Shown here: positions 21,624 to 32,500 of the stretch, one piece after another
Layout of the letters: every line of letters begins with the position of its first letter
How positions within the stretch are numbered: the first letter of the stretch is position 1
NCBI GenBank assembly: GCA_963751345.1
Contig: CAVVUS010000014.1
Coordinates: 64,001-128,000, forward strand
DNA length: 64,000 nt
From: an uncultured Chloroflexia bacterium
Lineage (GTDB): Bacteria > Chloroflexota > Anaerolineae > B4-G1 > SLSP01
Reading direction: 5' to 3'
Notes under the pieces: generated by a model
The model's input: only the letters and a program-made list of their open reading frames with translations
What the model was told of the DNA's origin: nothing
Databases searched by the model: none
Program-made: the position numbers and the translations under genes

Positions 21624-23397
21624 TCACTTGAAGTCGCCCTCAGCCTGCGTGTACAACTGGTAGGTAACGTAGGTGTCCTTCGGGATCATTGCGGTAAACG
21701 CGACAGAAGCGCCGGGTGCGATGCTCTGCACGTAGTAATCCGAGCCTATGCTCGTGATCTGACCATTGGCATCGAGTAACGCAGCGTCGACGACGACGTT
21801 CTTGATCGGGTAGGTATTGGGATTTACCACTGTCCCATTGATGCGTACGTTATCCCCCTGGTCGACCAGCGTGGAACTCGCCACCTGAGCAGGGGCCGGC
21901 GTGCGCCAGTTAGCGACTACTGCATCGGCATGGACCATGAAGGAGCCCATGTCCTGGGCTGCAATCTCCGCGGTGAAGGGACACGCCTCACCAGGGGACA
22001 ACAACATGCAATTAAAGACGGCGTCCATGGCCCCGTGCCAGATCCACTCCCCATACCTACGCCGAGGAAAGGGGTTGAAGGATCCGCGGAATCCACTTGA
22101 GTCGAAGAAGGTCACGTGAACCGTATTCACCGCGTAGACCTGATCCCCGTTGTTCCGCAGCAGCCCGGAGATCTTGTAGATCGTGCTTCCATCCAGAAGC
22201 GGATTCGGGGTTGCCCGGTTCAGACTGATCTCAACGGAGAAGGGCGGCCCGGGATTTGTATCCGGGACTTGCGTAAGGGCCGATGCAACACCGGACGTCA
22301 CGGCGGCGGGCTCGGGGGTCGGACCGGCCGCGGCTGTTTCGGCTGCAGGCTGAGAAACTGGGACAACGGATGCGGCAGCCGCAGCCTCAGCGGCAGTGGC
22401 AGATTCCGCTACTGTCACGGTCGACTCAGGTACGCTATTCCCAGTCTGGGCCGGTGTCTCGGCCACAAGCGTTGCCTCAGGCGTCGGTGAGGGGATTGCA
22501 GGCTCGGGCGTTACCGTGGGCGCGACGGTTGGCTCAGGCGTGGGAGTGGGCTGCGCTACCGGCTCTGATCCATCCTGGGTCGGGCTTGGCCCGGCCCCGT
22601 CACCCGCAGGCGCCCCACCCGATTGCTCGGCCCGGCCAAACGGTGCCCCCCCCGCCGGCGTTTGGCCGCTGCGAACCGAGAGAAGCATGACAACGGCACG
22701 TACCACGCTATTGGATGCAAAGGCCGCGGTCCCGGATCCTGTGGTGCCGGTTCTGCCCTGCCCGCCGAACTGTGCGGCCAGCGTGGCACGCTCCTCGGGT
22801 GTCATGTTCTGGAACCGCTGCCGCCCCGTCGATTGGTCTCCACCGGTCGCGGCGCTGGCACCGCCCGGCGTGAAGCCGCCGCGACTCTACCGCCGCCCGG
22901 CAGCGCACCAGTCGCTCCACCGCTGCCGGCAGCCACCCCTCCAGCGTAGTCCCCGTGATCGGGCCGCCAGCTCCGAAGCCACCCGTCAGGGCCTGGCTCG
23001 GCGTCCAGGCCTGCTCATCAGCCTGGGTCAGTGCCATCGCAGCTATCGCCGAGACCTGCGTCGCGGTCATCGTATCCTCGATCTGCTGCACCAACCCCGT
23101 GCGCTCGGCCTCGGTCTCCGCCGCCGTACCTGACAGCGCCTCCCACAGTGGCAGCAACTGCGCCGCCTGGGCCTCTGTCACAGCGTTTTCGGTACCCTCC
23201 AGCTTGAGGGTACCCAGGGCAAGCTGGCTCGTAACGTCCAGCGCGTTGGGATACGTCGTGTCGAGCGCTCCCCCATACGTGGTGGCCCCGCTCGTCGGTG
23301 CCACGGTGGTCTTGGCGCCACACCCCATCGTCAAGCCAAGAGCCAAGGCAATGACTAGAGCAACGACCTTAGGTGTTCGTCTACCTATCAGACTCAT
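21624..23397 (-). CDS. Lipoprotein with Pro/Thr/Ala-rich linker and C-terminal FxLYD-like domains (frameshifted in the Gly-rich region)
   Basis: TMGC lipobox; helical LALGTLKLE domain; G.V.N...V...LLDANG domains; ORFs 22708-23397 and 21624-22805. Confidence 0.65.
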
Positions 23398-23407
23398 AGT
23401 GCCTCCA

Positions 23408-24631
23408 CTACTCATGTCGCAGGGCCACGATCGGATCCAGTTGCGCCGCCTGGGTCGCCGGATAGTAGCCGAAGAATATGCCCACAGCCGCTGCAGCACC
23501 GAAGCTAAGGGGGACCGACGCCACGACGATCTGCGTGCGCATGGTCCCCAGTGCGTTAAAGAGGATTGAGCCGCCCACGCCGATGATGATACCGGCCAGC
23601 CCACCCAGCAGGCTTAAGACAAACGCCTCAAGCAGGAACTGCAGCCGCACGTCACGCGGGCGGGCGCCAAGCGCTTGCCGCAGGCCGATCTCGCGTGTGC
23701 GCTCGCTCACACTCACGAGCATAATGTTCATGATCCCGATGCCGCCCACGACCAACGAGATCGCCGCGACCCAGCCCAGAAGGTTGCGAAACGTGGCCGT
23801 GGTCGAGGCCTGCGCGTTGATGATGCTATCCTGCGTCGTGAGCTGAACCCCGGCGCGTCCGCGGTCGTCCCCAGGATCCTTCAGCAGGACCGTGTCCAGC
23901 TCCGACATGACCAGGGTCATGTCCTTCCTGCTGTCAGCAGACACATAGACGACATTCAGGCGGTCCGACCCGAACCGTGCATAGCTGAACTTCTTGAACA
24001 CCAGCGTAATCGGGACATAGACCCGGCTGTCGTAGTCGGTGTTGCCCACCACGCCTTTGGACGACATCACACCCACGACGATGCACTGGGCCGTCCCGAT
24101 CTTCACTTTCTGTCCAATGGCGCTCTGCGCATCGCCGAAGAACTCGGTGGCGACGTCGTAACCAAGCACCGCCACCTTGGCAGCGTAGGCATTGTCGCTG
24201 TCGAGGATGAAACGCCCTACCGCCACAGGGTACTCACGTACAGCCGTGAATCCTGGCGTCGTACCGACGATCGAGACGTCGGTCAGCGTGTCGTTCGCCG
24301 TCGCCACAGTCTGGCTCGTGTTCTGCTCGGCAGAGACGCCCAGGATGTTCGTCATGTTCGCCTCGATCTGGGCGAGGTCATTGTAGGTGAGGGTGGCCGG
24401 CATAGCGCCGCGAGCGAACCCTCCCCGACTGAATGACGGCATGATCAGGATCAGGTTGGCGCCTAATGCGTTGATCTGGTCAGCAATCTCAGCTTCAGCG
24501 CCGGCACTGACAGCGAGCATCACGATCACGGCAGCGACACCGATGATGACACCCAACGTAGTCAGCAGCGAGCGGGCCTTGTTCATCATCAAGCCCTCCC
24601 AGGCCACCTTCAGCGTCTTCCAGAAGCTCAT
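23408..24631 (-). CDS. MacB/FtsX-family ABC transporter permease
   Basis: RSLLTTLGVIIGV, VGGIGIMNIMLVSVSERTREIG, LDPIVALRHE. Confidence 0.92.
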   Translation of the reverse strand: MSFWKTLKVAWEGLMMNKARSLLTTLGVIIGVAAVIVMLAVSAGAEAEIADQINALGANLILIMPSFSRGGFARGAMPATLTYNDLAQIEANMTNILGVSAEQNTSQTVATANDTLTDVSIVGTTPGFTAVREYPVAVGRFILDSDNAYAAKVAVLGYDVATEFFGDAQSAIGQKVKIGTAQCIVVGVMSSKGVVGNTDYDSRVYVPITLVFKKFSYARFGSDRLNVVYVSADSRKDMTLVMSELDTVLLKDPGDDRGRAGVQLTTQDSIINAQASTTATFRNLLGWVAAISLVVGGIGIMNIMLVSVSERTREIGLRQALGARPRDVRLQFLLEAFVLSLLGGLAGIIIGVGGSILFNALGTMRTQIVVASVPLSFGAAAAVGIFFGYYPATQAAQLDPIVALRHE

Positions 24632-25455
24632 ACTGTCCCTCCGTTGCGACCATTGTGCAGCTCTGCAATACCGCTGGCATGGGTCTGATCCGAAACGACC
24701 AGGCCGTCGATCAGGTAGATCACACGATCGGCGTGCTCCGCGATGTCCAGAGCATGCGTGACCATCACCAGGGTGACGCCTTCGGCATGCAGCTGCTCGA
24801 GCAGGTCCATGAGCTCGTCGCTCGTACGCGTATCGAGGTTGCCCGTGGGCTCGTCGGCCAAGATGATCGAGGGATGGGTGATCAGCGCCCGCGCAATCGC
24901 CACGCGCTGCTGTTGGCCGCCCGACAACTCCTTGGGGAGATGGTTGATTCGGTCGCCCAACCCTACGGCCTCCAGCGAGGCCACCGCGCGGTCGTGCGCC
25001 TCTTGATCGCTCACCCCCGGGCTCTCCTGGTACAACAGCGGAAGCATCACGTTGCGTACCGCCGATAGGCGATCGAGCAAATTGTAGGCCTGAAAGACAA
25101 ACCCGATCTTCCGGTTGCGTACGCTCGCCAGCCGATCCTTACTCAGATGACTCACATTCGCGCCGTCGAGGATGTAGGTACCCCCACTGGGCCTGTCCAG
25201 GCAACCCAGGATGTTCATCAGCGTGGACTTCCCCGACCCCGACGGGCCCATCACAGCCACAAACTCCCCGTCTCGCACCTGAATGTCGACCCCACGCAGC
25301 GCGTGCACGGCAATGCTTCCCAAGCCATAGACTTTGGTGAGCTGTTCAGTCCTGATGAGCTCGCGTGGCCCCTGAGCTTTGTCAATTGAGTCGAGCTCGT
25401 GGACAACCGAGTTGGGCTCGCCGACGCTCTGAGATGGCTCTTTGCGTCGCGCCAT
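24628..25455 (-). CDS. MacB/LolD-type ABC transporter ATP-binding protein
   Basis: [26 protein letters not shown]. Confidence 0.92.
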   Translation of the reverse strand: MARRKEPSQSVGEPNSVVHELDSIDKAQGPRELIRTEQLTKVYGLGSIAVHALRGVDIQVRDGEFVAVMGPSGSGKSTLMNILGCLDRPSGGTYILDGANVSHLSKDRLASVRNRKIGFVFQAYNLLDRLSAVRNVMLPLLYQESPGVSDQEAHDRAVASLEAVGLGDRINHLPKELSGGQQQRVAIARALITHPSIILADEPTGNLDTRTSDELMDLLEQLHAEGVTLVMVTHALDIAEHADRVIYLIDGLVVSDQTHASGIAELHNGRNGGTV

Positions 25456-25456
25456 A

Positions 25457-27115
25457 TTACGGCCTCCCACCCTGGAATCCGCCGCCATCAATCGGTCCCA
25501 CGAAGACGCCGCCACCACCGGGAAACGCCTGGTTGCCGGTCTGCGTCGACTGTGTGGTGGTCGAGCTCGAAGAGCTGCCCAGGCTAACCGCCTCACCTGC
25601 GGACAGGCCAGACGTGATCTCGGTATTCACGTAGTCCGATAGTCCAATCTCTACCTGTCGCATCTCGAGCGTGCCATCAGACTTCACCACGAACACCACG
25701 TGTTGGCCATTCCCCATACTGCGGATTGCTTCCACCGGTACGAGAACCACATTGTCAGCCTCGCCTGCGATGATGCTGATGTCGGCGTTCATATCGCCCA
25801 ACAGGGTCACATCCTGCGTACTCGTCAACGTAGCCCATGCCTGGACCGCCGGTGTGTTGCTCACCGTTACCAGTTGCGGGTCCACCTGATAGATCTGCCC
25901 GGAAAAGGTGAGATCGGGCAGCGCACTGAAAACGATGCTGACAGGGTTCCCGATTACGACACTGCTCATATCCGTCTCGTCAGCCCAGAACTCCACAACA
26001 GGGGCATCGAGATCAGCTAGCGAAATGGCCGTACCGCTTGCGGTCTCACCGGCTTTGAAGTTGACCGTCACGACGGTCCCGGAGAACGGCGCAACGATGA
26101 CCATGCCATCAGCCGCATCCTGGGCAGCGGCGGCGGTCAGCTTGGCCTGTTCGAGTGTTAGCTCGGCTCTGTTCTGCGCCACCGCCTGATCGCCGTCGCC
26201 CAGTTCGAGCTTCGCCTGCTGCAGCGCGAGCTCGGCCGACTTGACCGCGGCCTGTGCTGCCGCGATCTCATCCGCAGTGGGCGCTTCCTCAAGATTGGTC
26301 ACGGCGGCCTTGGCGCTCAAGACTTGGGCCCAAGTGCTCTGCACGTCGGCGCCCGAAGTGTCTACCATTGCCAGGTCGTAGTCAGCCTGCGCGATTTCAA
26401 GGTTCTGCTGTGCCCTGACAAGCGAGGCCGCTGCGGACTGCCGAGTCGTTTCAATGTCACGCTCCCAGTCCCGCTCCGGGTTCATCGCATCGGCATAAGA
26501 TTGCTGTGCACTATCAAGCGCTGAAATGGCCTGATCCAGACTGATACGAACAGAGGCATTCTGCTCGTCGACCATGCCTGCTTTCTTCGAGGCACTCTGG
26601 TAGGAGACCTGAGCGTTTGCGAGGGTCGCTTTCGCGGTTGCCAGCTCGGCAGAATCAGGGCTCCAGTTGACGAGCGCATCAAGTGCCTTTTGGGCCGTCG
26701 CGAGATCAACTTCTGCCTGTGCGACGCCGAGTTCAGCCTGCCCCTGCGCCAGATCGAGGGCGATCTGGGCATCAATCACAGCTTGCTGATCCTCGGCAAG
26801 CGTCTGCCGTGCCGCCGTATCGTCGGCACGAGCGAGTACATCCCCCTCTTGCACATGATCTCCGACTTTGACCAGCACCTCCTTTACCACGGCACTGGCA
26901 CTGAATGCCAGATCAGCCGTCTGCGAGGGGACCAGGGTTCCCGATCCTGTCGTTGTGATCGATATGTTTCCGATCGTCGCCGTCGCTGTGCGCACGGTCG
27001 CACCGGCATCTGCAGTCTGCTTTGGCATCAGCCAGAGCCGGTAGGCACCATATCCGCCACCGCCGAGGACGACGACTGCAACAATCGCAATCCAGAATGC
27101 CTTCTTACGCAGCAT
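25457..27115 (-). CDS. MacA-like periplasmic adaptor subunit with long coiled coil
   Basis: N-terminal TM, VLVKVGD.V..GDVLA and APFSGTV hairpin halves, VLVPVEAI. Confidence 0.88.
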   Translation of the reverse strand: MLRKKAFWIAIVAVVVLGGGGYGAYRLWLMPKQTADAGATVRTATATIGNISITTTGSGTLVPSQTADLAFSASAVVKEVLVKVGDHVQEGDVLARADDTAARQTLAEDQQAVIDAQIALDLAQGQAELGVAQAEVDLATAQKALDALVNWSPDSAELATAKATLANAQVSYQSASKKAGMVDEQNASVRISLDQAISALDSAQQSYADAMNPERDWERDIETTRQSAAASLVRAQQNLEIAQADYDLAMVDTSGADVQSTWAQVLSAKAAVTNLEEAPTADEIAAAQAAVKSAELALQQAKLELGDGDQAVAQNRAELTLEQAKLTAAAAQDAADGMVIVAPFSGTVVTVNFKAGETASGTAISLADLDAPVVEFWADETDMSSVVIGNPVSIVFSALPDLTFSGQIYQVDPQLVTVSNTPAVQAWATLTSTQDVTLLGDMNADISIIAGEADNVVLVPVEAIRSMGNGQHVVFVVKSDGTLEMRQVEIGLSDYVNTEITSGLSAGEAVSLGSSSSSTTTQSTQTGNQAFPGGGGVFVGPIDGGGFQGGRP

Positions 27116-27183
27116 GTACTCTCCTCCTAATCGAGCAATACCACAGGGAGCATTGTTACGGGAAATGACAATAGCCCCCTGGT

Positions 27184-27290
27184 CTGAGAAGTCTCGATGA
27201 ATAGGCTGAGAAATGGCTGAGCGTCCGAGCCCATCCTCTTAGATAACTCTCAGGATCCTCCCAGCCTCCTCTCAGAGAGCACGGTATAAT
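27184..27290. promoter_or_regulatory. Divergent promoter with back-to-back TCTCAG box arrays and TATAAT
   Basis: CTGAG(A/C) at 27184, 27206, 27217; TCTTAG 27237, TCTCAG 27248, TCCCAG 27259, TCTCAG 27270; TATAAT 27285-27290. Confidence 0.7.
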
Positions 27291-27340
27291 GAAAGTTGGC
27301 GTCACTCTATGTGTGTACCAAAGGCCGGAGGCAGTCACGT

Positions 27341-28018
27341 ATGGCGAAGGTGTTAGTGGTCGACGACGACGAAAGACTACTCAAGATGTTGCAGCGTACC
27401 CTCTCGTATGAAGGCTTCGACGTCATCACAGCCGGCGATGGGCTCGAGGCTTTGGCGCGGCTGGGCGAGCTGCCCCCCGACGTGATCATCCTGGATTGGA
27501 TGATGCCCCGGCTTGATGGCGTGGGTGTCCTCGAGGTCCTTAACATGGAGCACAATCAGACGCCGGTGCTGATGTTGACGGCACGTGACGCGGTCCAGTA
27601 CCGTGTGGAAGGATTGGAGCGAGGAGCAGACGACTATCTGGTCAAGCCGTTTGAGCCCATCGAGTTGATCGCCCGGGTCCGTGCGCTTCTGCGCCGTGTC
27701 GGCCAGGATACGCAGACCACATTGGTGTTCGACGACCTCAGTCTGGACCCATCGAGCCGCGAAGTCAGCCGGGGAACGCGCAAGTTCGAGTTGACGCCCA
27801 CTGAGTTTGATCTCCTGCATCTCTTCATGCGCCATCCACATCAGGTATTGGAGCGTGGGCAGATTCTGTCGCAGGTCTGGGGCTATAACTTCGCCGGCGA
27901 CGACAACATCATCGAAGTCTATGTCGGCTACCTCAGGAAGAAGACCGAAGCCGAGGGCGAATCACGGTTGATCCAGACCGTCCGCGGCATCGGATATGTG
28001 CTTCGGGAGCAGATTTAG
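27341..28018 (+). CDS. OmpR/PhoB-family response regulator (MprA-like)
   Basis: REC domain (ILDWMMP, ADDYLVKPF) plus wHTH (EVYVGYLRKK, IQTVRGIGY). Confidence 0.92.
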   Translation: MAKVLVVDDDERLLKMLQRTLSYEGFDVITAGDGLEALARLGELPPDVIILDWMMPRLDGVGVLEVLNMEHNQTPVLMLTARDAVQYRVEGLERGADDYLVKPFEPIELIARVRALLRRVGQDTQTTLVFDDLSLDPSSREVSRGTRKFELTPTEFDLLHLFMRHPHQVLERGQILSQVWGYNFAGDDNIIEVYVGYLRKKTEAEGESRLIQTVRGIGYVLREQI

Positions 28019-29538
28019 TGTCTATACGGCTTCGCTTAACCTTACTCTATAGTGCGATCCTCGCACTTACCTTGATTGCGTTCAGCACGGTGTTGTACGC
28101 GACGCAAGCGCGGTACACCCTGAACATCGTGAAACGTGATCTGGATTCCAATGCCAGGCAAGTAATGCTGGCGTGGACTCGCTTCCAGACAGCTTGGGAT
28201 GCACGCGGTATGCCGCCCCGGCAGGCACCGGTCTCTCCGGACGTCTCCTATGGCGAGCAGGCTCAACAGGCTCTTCAGCCACTCGTGAGGGGTGAGCTCG
28301 CCCGTGATTCGGTTCACCTTCTCGATGCTGGAGGAGAGGCACTGGCCCTATCGATGAACGATCAGAGCCCGACGCTGCCCATCAGTCAGGAAGGATTGAC
28401 AAAGCTTCAAGCCGGCAGCGCGTGGATGGAGATCAGCCAGGGGGAGGATTCGCGATGGCTGATCTTCAACCTCCCCGTCGTCACCTCGATGACACCGCAT
28501 GCGGACGGCAGTGTCACGCCGAACGTCATCGGGATTGTGCAGCTCGCCCGCTCCCTCGCGGATCGGGACCGTTCGCTGCACTCGATGGGCATCACCCTGG
28601 TCGTAGGGAGTCTCACCACGACCGTGCTGGCCTTTGGCGCGGGGTGGGTGCTCGCCGGAACGACACTCAAGCCCATCCAAAAGATCACGGAGACGGCCCA
28701 GGAGATCGGCCAGTCGCAGGATTTCTCATCCAGGGTCGAGCACGACGGGCCGAACGATGAGTTAGGGCGGCTGGCGACGACCATCAATAGTATGCTGGCC
28801 CGGCTGGAGGGCTCATATCAACAGCTCGCCCACGCGCTGGAGGTCCAGCGCGACTTCGTTGCGGACGTCTCCCACGAGCTCAGGACGCCCCTAACCACGG
28901 TCCGTGGCAATCTCGCGCTTATGAGACATGACCCGCCCCTGCCCGCGGATGAACAGGTGGAAATCCTGGACGATCTTATCGCCGAAAGTGCCCGACTGAG
29001 CCGTCTGGTCAGCGATCTTCTGACGTTGGCCCGCGCCGACGCCGGTCACCGGCTGCCGGTGGCGCCGGTTGAGGTCGAAGGCATCGTGGATGACGTATGC
29101 CGGCAGGCCAATCTGCTCGCACCTGACCGCGAGGTCACCTGCGATTTCGGGGCGCCATCACCAAGCATCGCGAACGAGGACGCCCTGAGACAGGTGCTCC
29201 TTATCCTTACGGACAACGCGATCAAACACGGCGAGGGTCCCATCCGAATCGCCACACGAGAGAACGACCATCATATCCGTATCAGCGTACAGGACAGCGG
29301 GCCCGGCATGCCCGAGGACCTACAAGCACGGGTCTTCGACCGCTTCTATCGCGGGGACGCTTCACGCTCGACGCCAGGCTTTGGCCTGGGACTCTCGATT
29401 GCCCGCAGCTTGACAGAGGCCCAGGAAGGCACGATTTCAATGGAGAGCCAGGCAGGGGTAGGAACCACCTTCATCGTGGAGCTTCCGCAGGCGGAAGGTA
29501 ACGTGACGAGTGAGGATCTGGTATTGCCGGATGACTGA
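28018..29538 (+). CDS. HAMP-domain sensor histidine kinase (MprB-like)
   Basis: Two TM segments, HAMP, SHELRTPLT, NAIKH, DSGPG, GFGLGLSI; overlaps the regulator stop codon. Confidence 0.92.
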   Translation: MSIRLRLTLLYSAILALTLIAFSTVLYATQARYTLNIVKRDLDSNARQVMLAWTRFQTAWDARGMPPRQAPVSPDVSYGEQAQQALQPLVRGELARDSVHLLDAGGEALALSMNDQSPTLPISQEGLTKLQAGSAWMEISQGEDSRWLIFNLPVVTSMTPHADGSVTPNVIGIVQLARSLADRDRSLHSMGITLVVGSLTTTVLAFGAGWVLAGTTLKPIQKITETAQEIGQSQDFSSRVEHDGPNDELGRLATTINSMLARLEGSYQQLAHALEVQRDFVADVSHELRTPLTTVRGNLALMRHDPPLPADEQVEILDDLIAESARLSRLVSDLLTLARADAGHRLPVAPVEVEGIVDDVCRQANLLAPDREVTCDFGAPSPSIANEDALRQVLLILTDNAIKHGEGPIRIATRENDHHIRISVQDSGPGMPEDLQARVFDRFYRGDASRSTPGFGLGLSIARSLTEAQEGTISMESQAGVGTTFIVELPQAEGNVTSEDLVLPDD

Positions 29539-29539
29539 C

Positions 29540-29585
29540 GAAAAGAAACGAGTGACCGGAAGCTGATCACTCGTTTCTCGTTTCC
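29540..29585. terminator. Hairpin between the convergent kinase and RNAP-like genes
   Basis: AGAAACGAGTGA ... TCACTCGTTTCT. Confidence 0.55.
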
Positions 29586-29595
29586 GATCGACACG

Positions 29596-32500
29596 TCAAT
29601 TGTCGTGGATTGGCACCCCCACCAGCATCCGGCTCTCCACGTCGACCAGCGGATCGACCTCACCGGCTGCCGCGGCCCGGGCGAAGACGAGGCCGGGGTA
29701 TTTTGCCCTCAACGCCCGCGTCAGCACGCTGAAGCTCTTGGTCACATTTCGCTCGCGGAAGGTCGCGCCCATCTGCTCCCACTGAGTCAAGATACCGGCC
29801 AGCCCCCGTCGCGCACCCGCGACGCAGGCGAACAACTCCTCAGGCGTCAACCCCTCGCTGTAGCCATGCCGCACGATGACAACACGGCCATGCTCGTCGA
29901 CCACGGGGCCGCGCCCCGCCACGAGCCACGCCATCTGCTCCAGTCCTGCGCCGCGCGCCTTGATCATCAGGATCTGCGGCCCAAGGTCGGCGGCCGTGGT
30001 GTCCGTCATGGCAGCTAACGCTTCTTGAACGGCCTCTCCATACATCTGCCACAACGCCGAATCCGTTGAGTCGGGCCGAGAGGGGAGCGGTGTGGTCTCC
30101 CCGACGAAGGGGCTCAGGGACGCGCCAGAGACTTTGACCGTCTCGAACCCACGCTGCATCAGTCGCTCGACAGCCAGCATCGCCGCACCCACGCTCTCCT
30201 CCCCCGCTCCCCTTGGAAGCAGCTTGGAGAGTGCGTCGGTCACGGTGGCAGCCGTGACAAAACCGCCGGAAGTGTTGACCGGCTGCCCGACGATCTCCGA
30301 GATCTCCGCCAGCCCCGCCGGATCGAGGCTCAGCTTCGCCAGCCCCCAGAGCGCATCCAGCGCGGGCACCAACGAGGCAAGCAGCCCGGGATCGCGCATC
30401 AGATGGCCGGCGACGGAGAGTCGCTCCCCGGCTTCCTGCTGGGCCGCTTCCGTGATAGGCAGGAAGACGGCGGCCTGGTCGCCGTCGAAGTCGGCATCCA
30501 ACCACCTGCACAGTGCAGGATGGAGGTGAAGCGCGTCATCCGGAACCCGGACGGGATGGAACGCCAGGAGTGCGGTGGGTGTCAGGGTCGGCGCGCGGTT
30601 GATGTAGACCCACGAGTGGGCCATCACGGCGTCAAGCACCTGCGAGGCGCGCTCGCTCCTGGCTGGGACGGCCTTCCCGTCGCCGGTCTCCCGTACGACG
30701 AGGGGACCAAAAAGCGCCCACGCCATCTCCTCGGGCATGCCGATCTGTTCCAGCGTCAGCTCGGCGGCGGGCGCCAGCACCGTGCGGGCACTGAAGAGCT
30801 CGCGGGCGCCGAGCCGTAACTGGACCGGCGTGAGGAGCGCGTCGAAGAGGGCACGGACGTGGCGTTCGAGCTGCGCGGTCGCGTCATCTACCAAGGTCTT
30901 GGGCGTCTGTGCGGCGAGCATACGCCTCACCCTGTCGTTGGCCTCGACCACCGCGCGATAGAGCCGCGGGAGCTCGTCCGACGCCTCCCACCAGCCTCCG
31001 GGCGGGAAGAGTACCTCCCTGAGGCCACCAACACGTTCCCTCTCGCCCGGATCGCCGATCTCGGTCAGGCGACGCTCGGGCAGCCACGGATGGGGGACCG
31101 GTCGCGCCAGCTTCAGAGCATCCTCCTGTGGCGGCGCGAAACGGAACGCCAGGCCGTTCTCCCCCAGCTCTGCCTCGATCCCCGCGACCCGAAGCCGGTC
31201 GGCCAGCTCCGCCAACAGTGGGGTCGGCGGAGGGGCCTGGGCCACAGGACCGGCGGCCAGCCGCTCTGCCAGCGTGCCGGCATCCTGCCCGCCCACTGCC
31301 GGGTGTTCAGATTCTCGCGGATGATCTCAAAGGCGCCCAGATCCCGCAGCATGAAGGTCTCCATCTCGCCCGTGCGCTGGCCCCATCGCTCTCCCGTCAG
31401 GACCAAGCGTCACGCAGCTTGTCCTTGGCGAGATGGTACAACCGCCCCCAGTAGACCCAGCCGACGGTGCTCGGCGCGTCGAGCGGCGGGCCATCCTTGC
31501 CCTGCGTGAGCGTCACCATGCCCGACTCGGGCAATCCGGCAGCGACCAGGCGCGCGCGAAGCTCATCCGCCGAAGGCGCACCAAAGGGCGGTACGATCGC
31601 CGGGTTCGCCTCGGCCTTCGCGACGCTGCCCAGGACCGCCTCGCGGATCTGTCCGAAGTTCATCCGCCGGTGCAGGTTGGCGAAGTTGAAGACCAGGTCG
31701 ACCGGCGTGCCATCGGGAAGATGCGGCATCCGGTCGTCGGGCAGGATCTGGCCGACCACCCCCTTCGTCCCGTGGCGATTGCTCATCTTGTCGCCGATCC
31801 GGAGCGCATAGGGGGTGTCGAACCGCCGCGCGCACGACTCGCTGACGACGATGGCATCCTCGTACGTCCCCGGCCCCCAGGAGACAAAGGCCGTGAGCAG
31901 GTTGCGACCGGCCCAGAAGTCCGGCGACAGCAGGGCGTCCGGCTCGTTGCCGGTCTGAACCCACGCGGGCTCCGGCATCTGCTGCACGATCCACTGCCTC
32001 AGCATATTCGCCCCCATCAGGATGCGGTTGGGATCGTCGTGCTCCAGCAGGGGGATCATCGACGCGGAGAGCCCCAACGTCGCCTCGGGGCGCTCGTCGA
32101 CGATGACCAGCCGCCCATCTCGGACGGTCGCGCCGACGGCGATGGTGAAGACGTGGCCCATGTTCGATCCCTCGGGCACCTCGAAGGGGCAGACGTAGCC
32201 GAGCTGTCCGGGGGCGATCACGTCGTGGGCCTCCGGGACCAGGAGTCGACGAAGGTGGGTGTAATATGAAAACCAGTTGGTCTCGTCAACCGGCTGCACG
32301 GTGACAAATCGCCCTTCCGTGCCGGCCATGAACTCGGCAACCCACGTGTCGAGGGGAAGCCACGCACGGGCCAACGACGGACATCCCAGGGCAAATCGGC
32401 AGGTGCGTGCCCCAGGCGCGCCGCGACGAAATCGTAGAGCTGTTCGCCGACGCAGCGAATCTCGGCCTGATCCAGCTCCGGGCGCGAGGCGGTAGGGATC

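Noticed and set aside
31290-32385. Programmed ribosomal frameshifting in the RNAP-like gene
   Set aside because: No slippery heptamers at the junctions, and similar indels affect unrelated genes.
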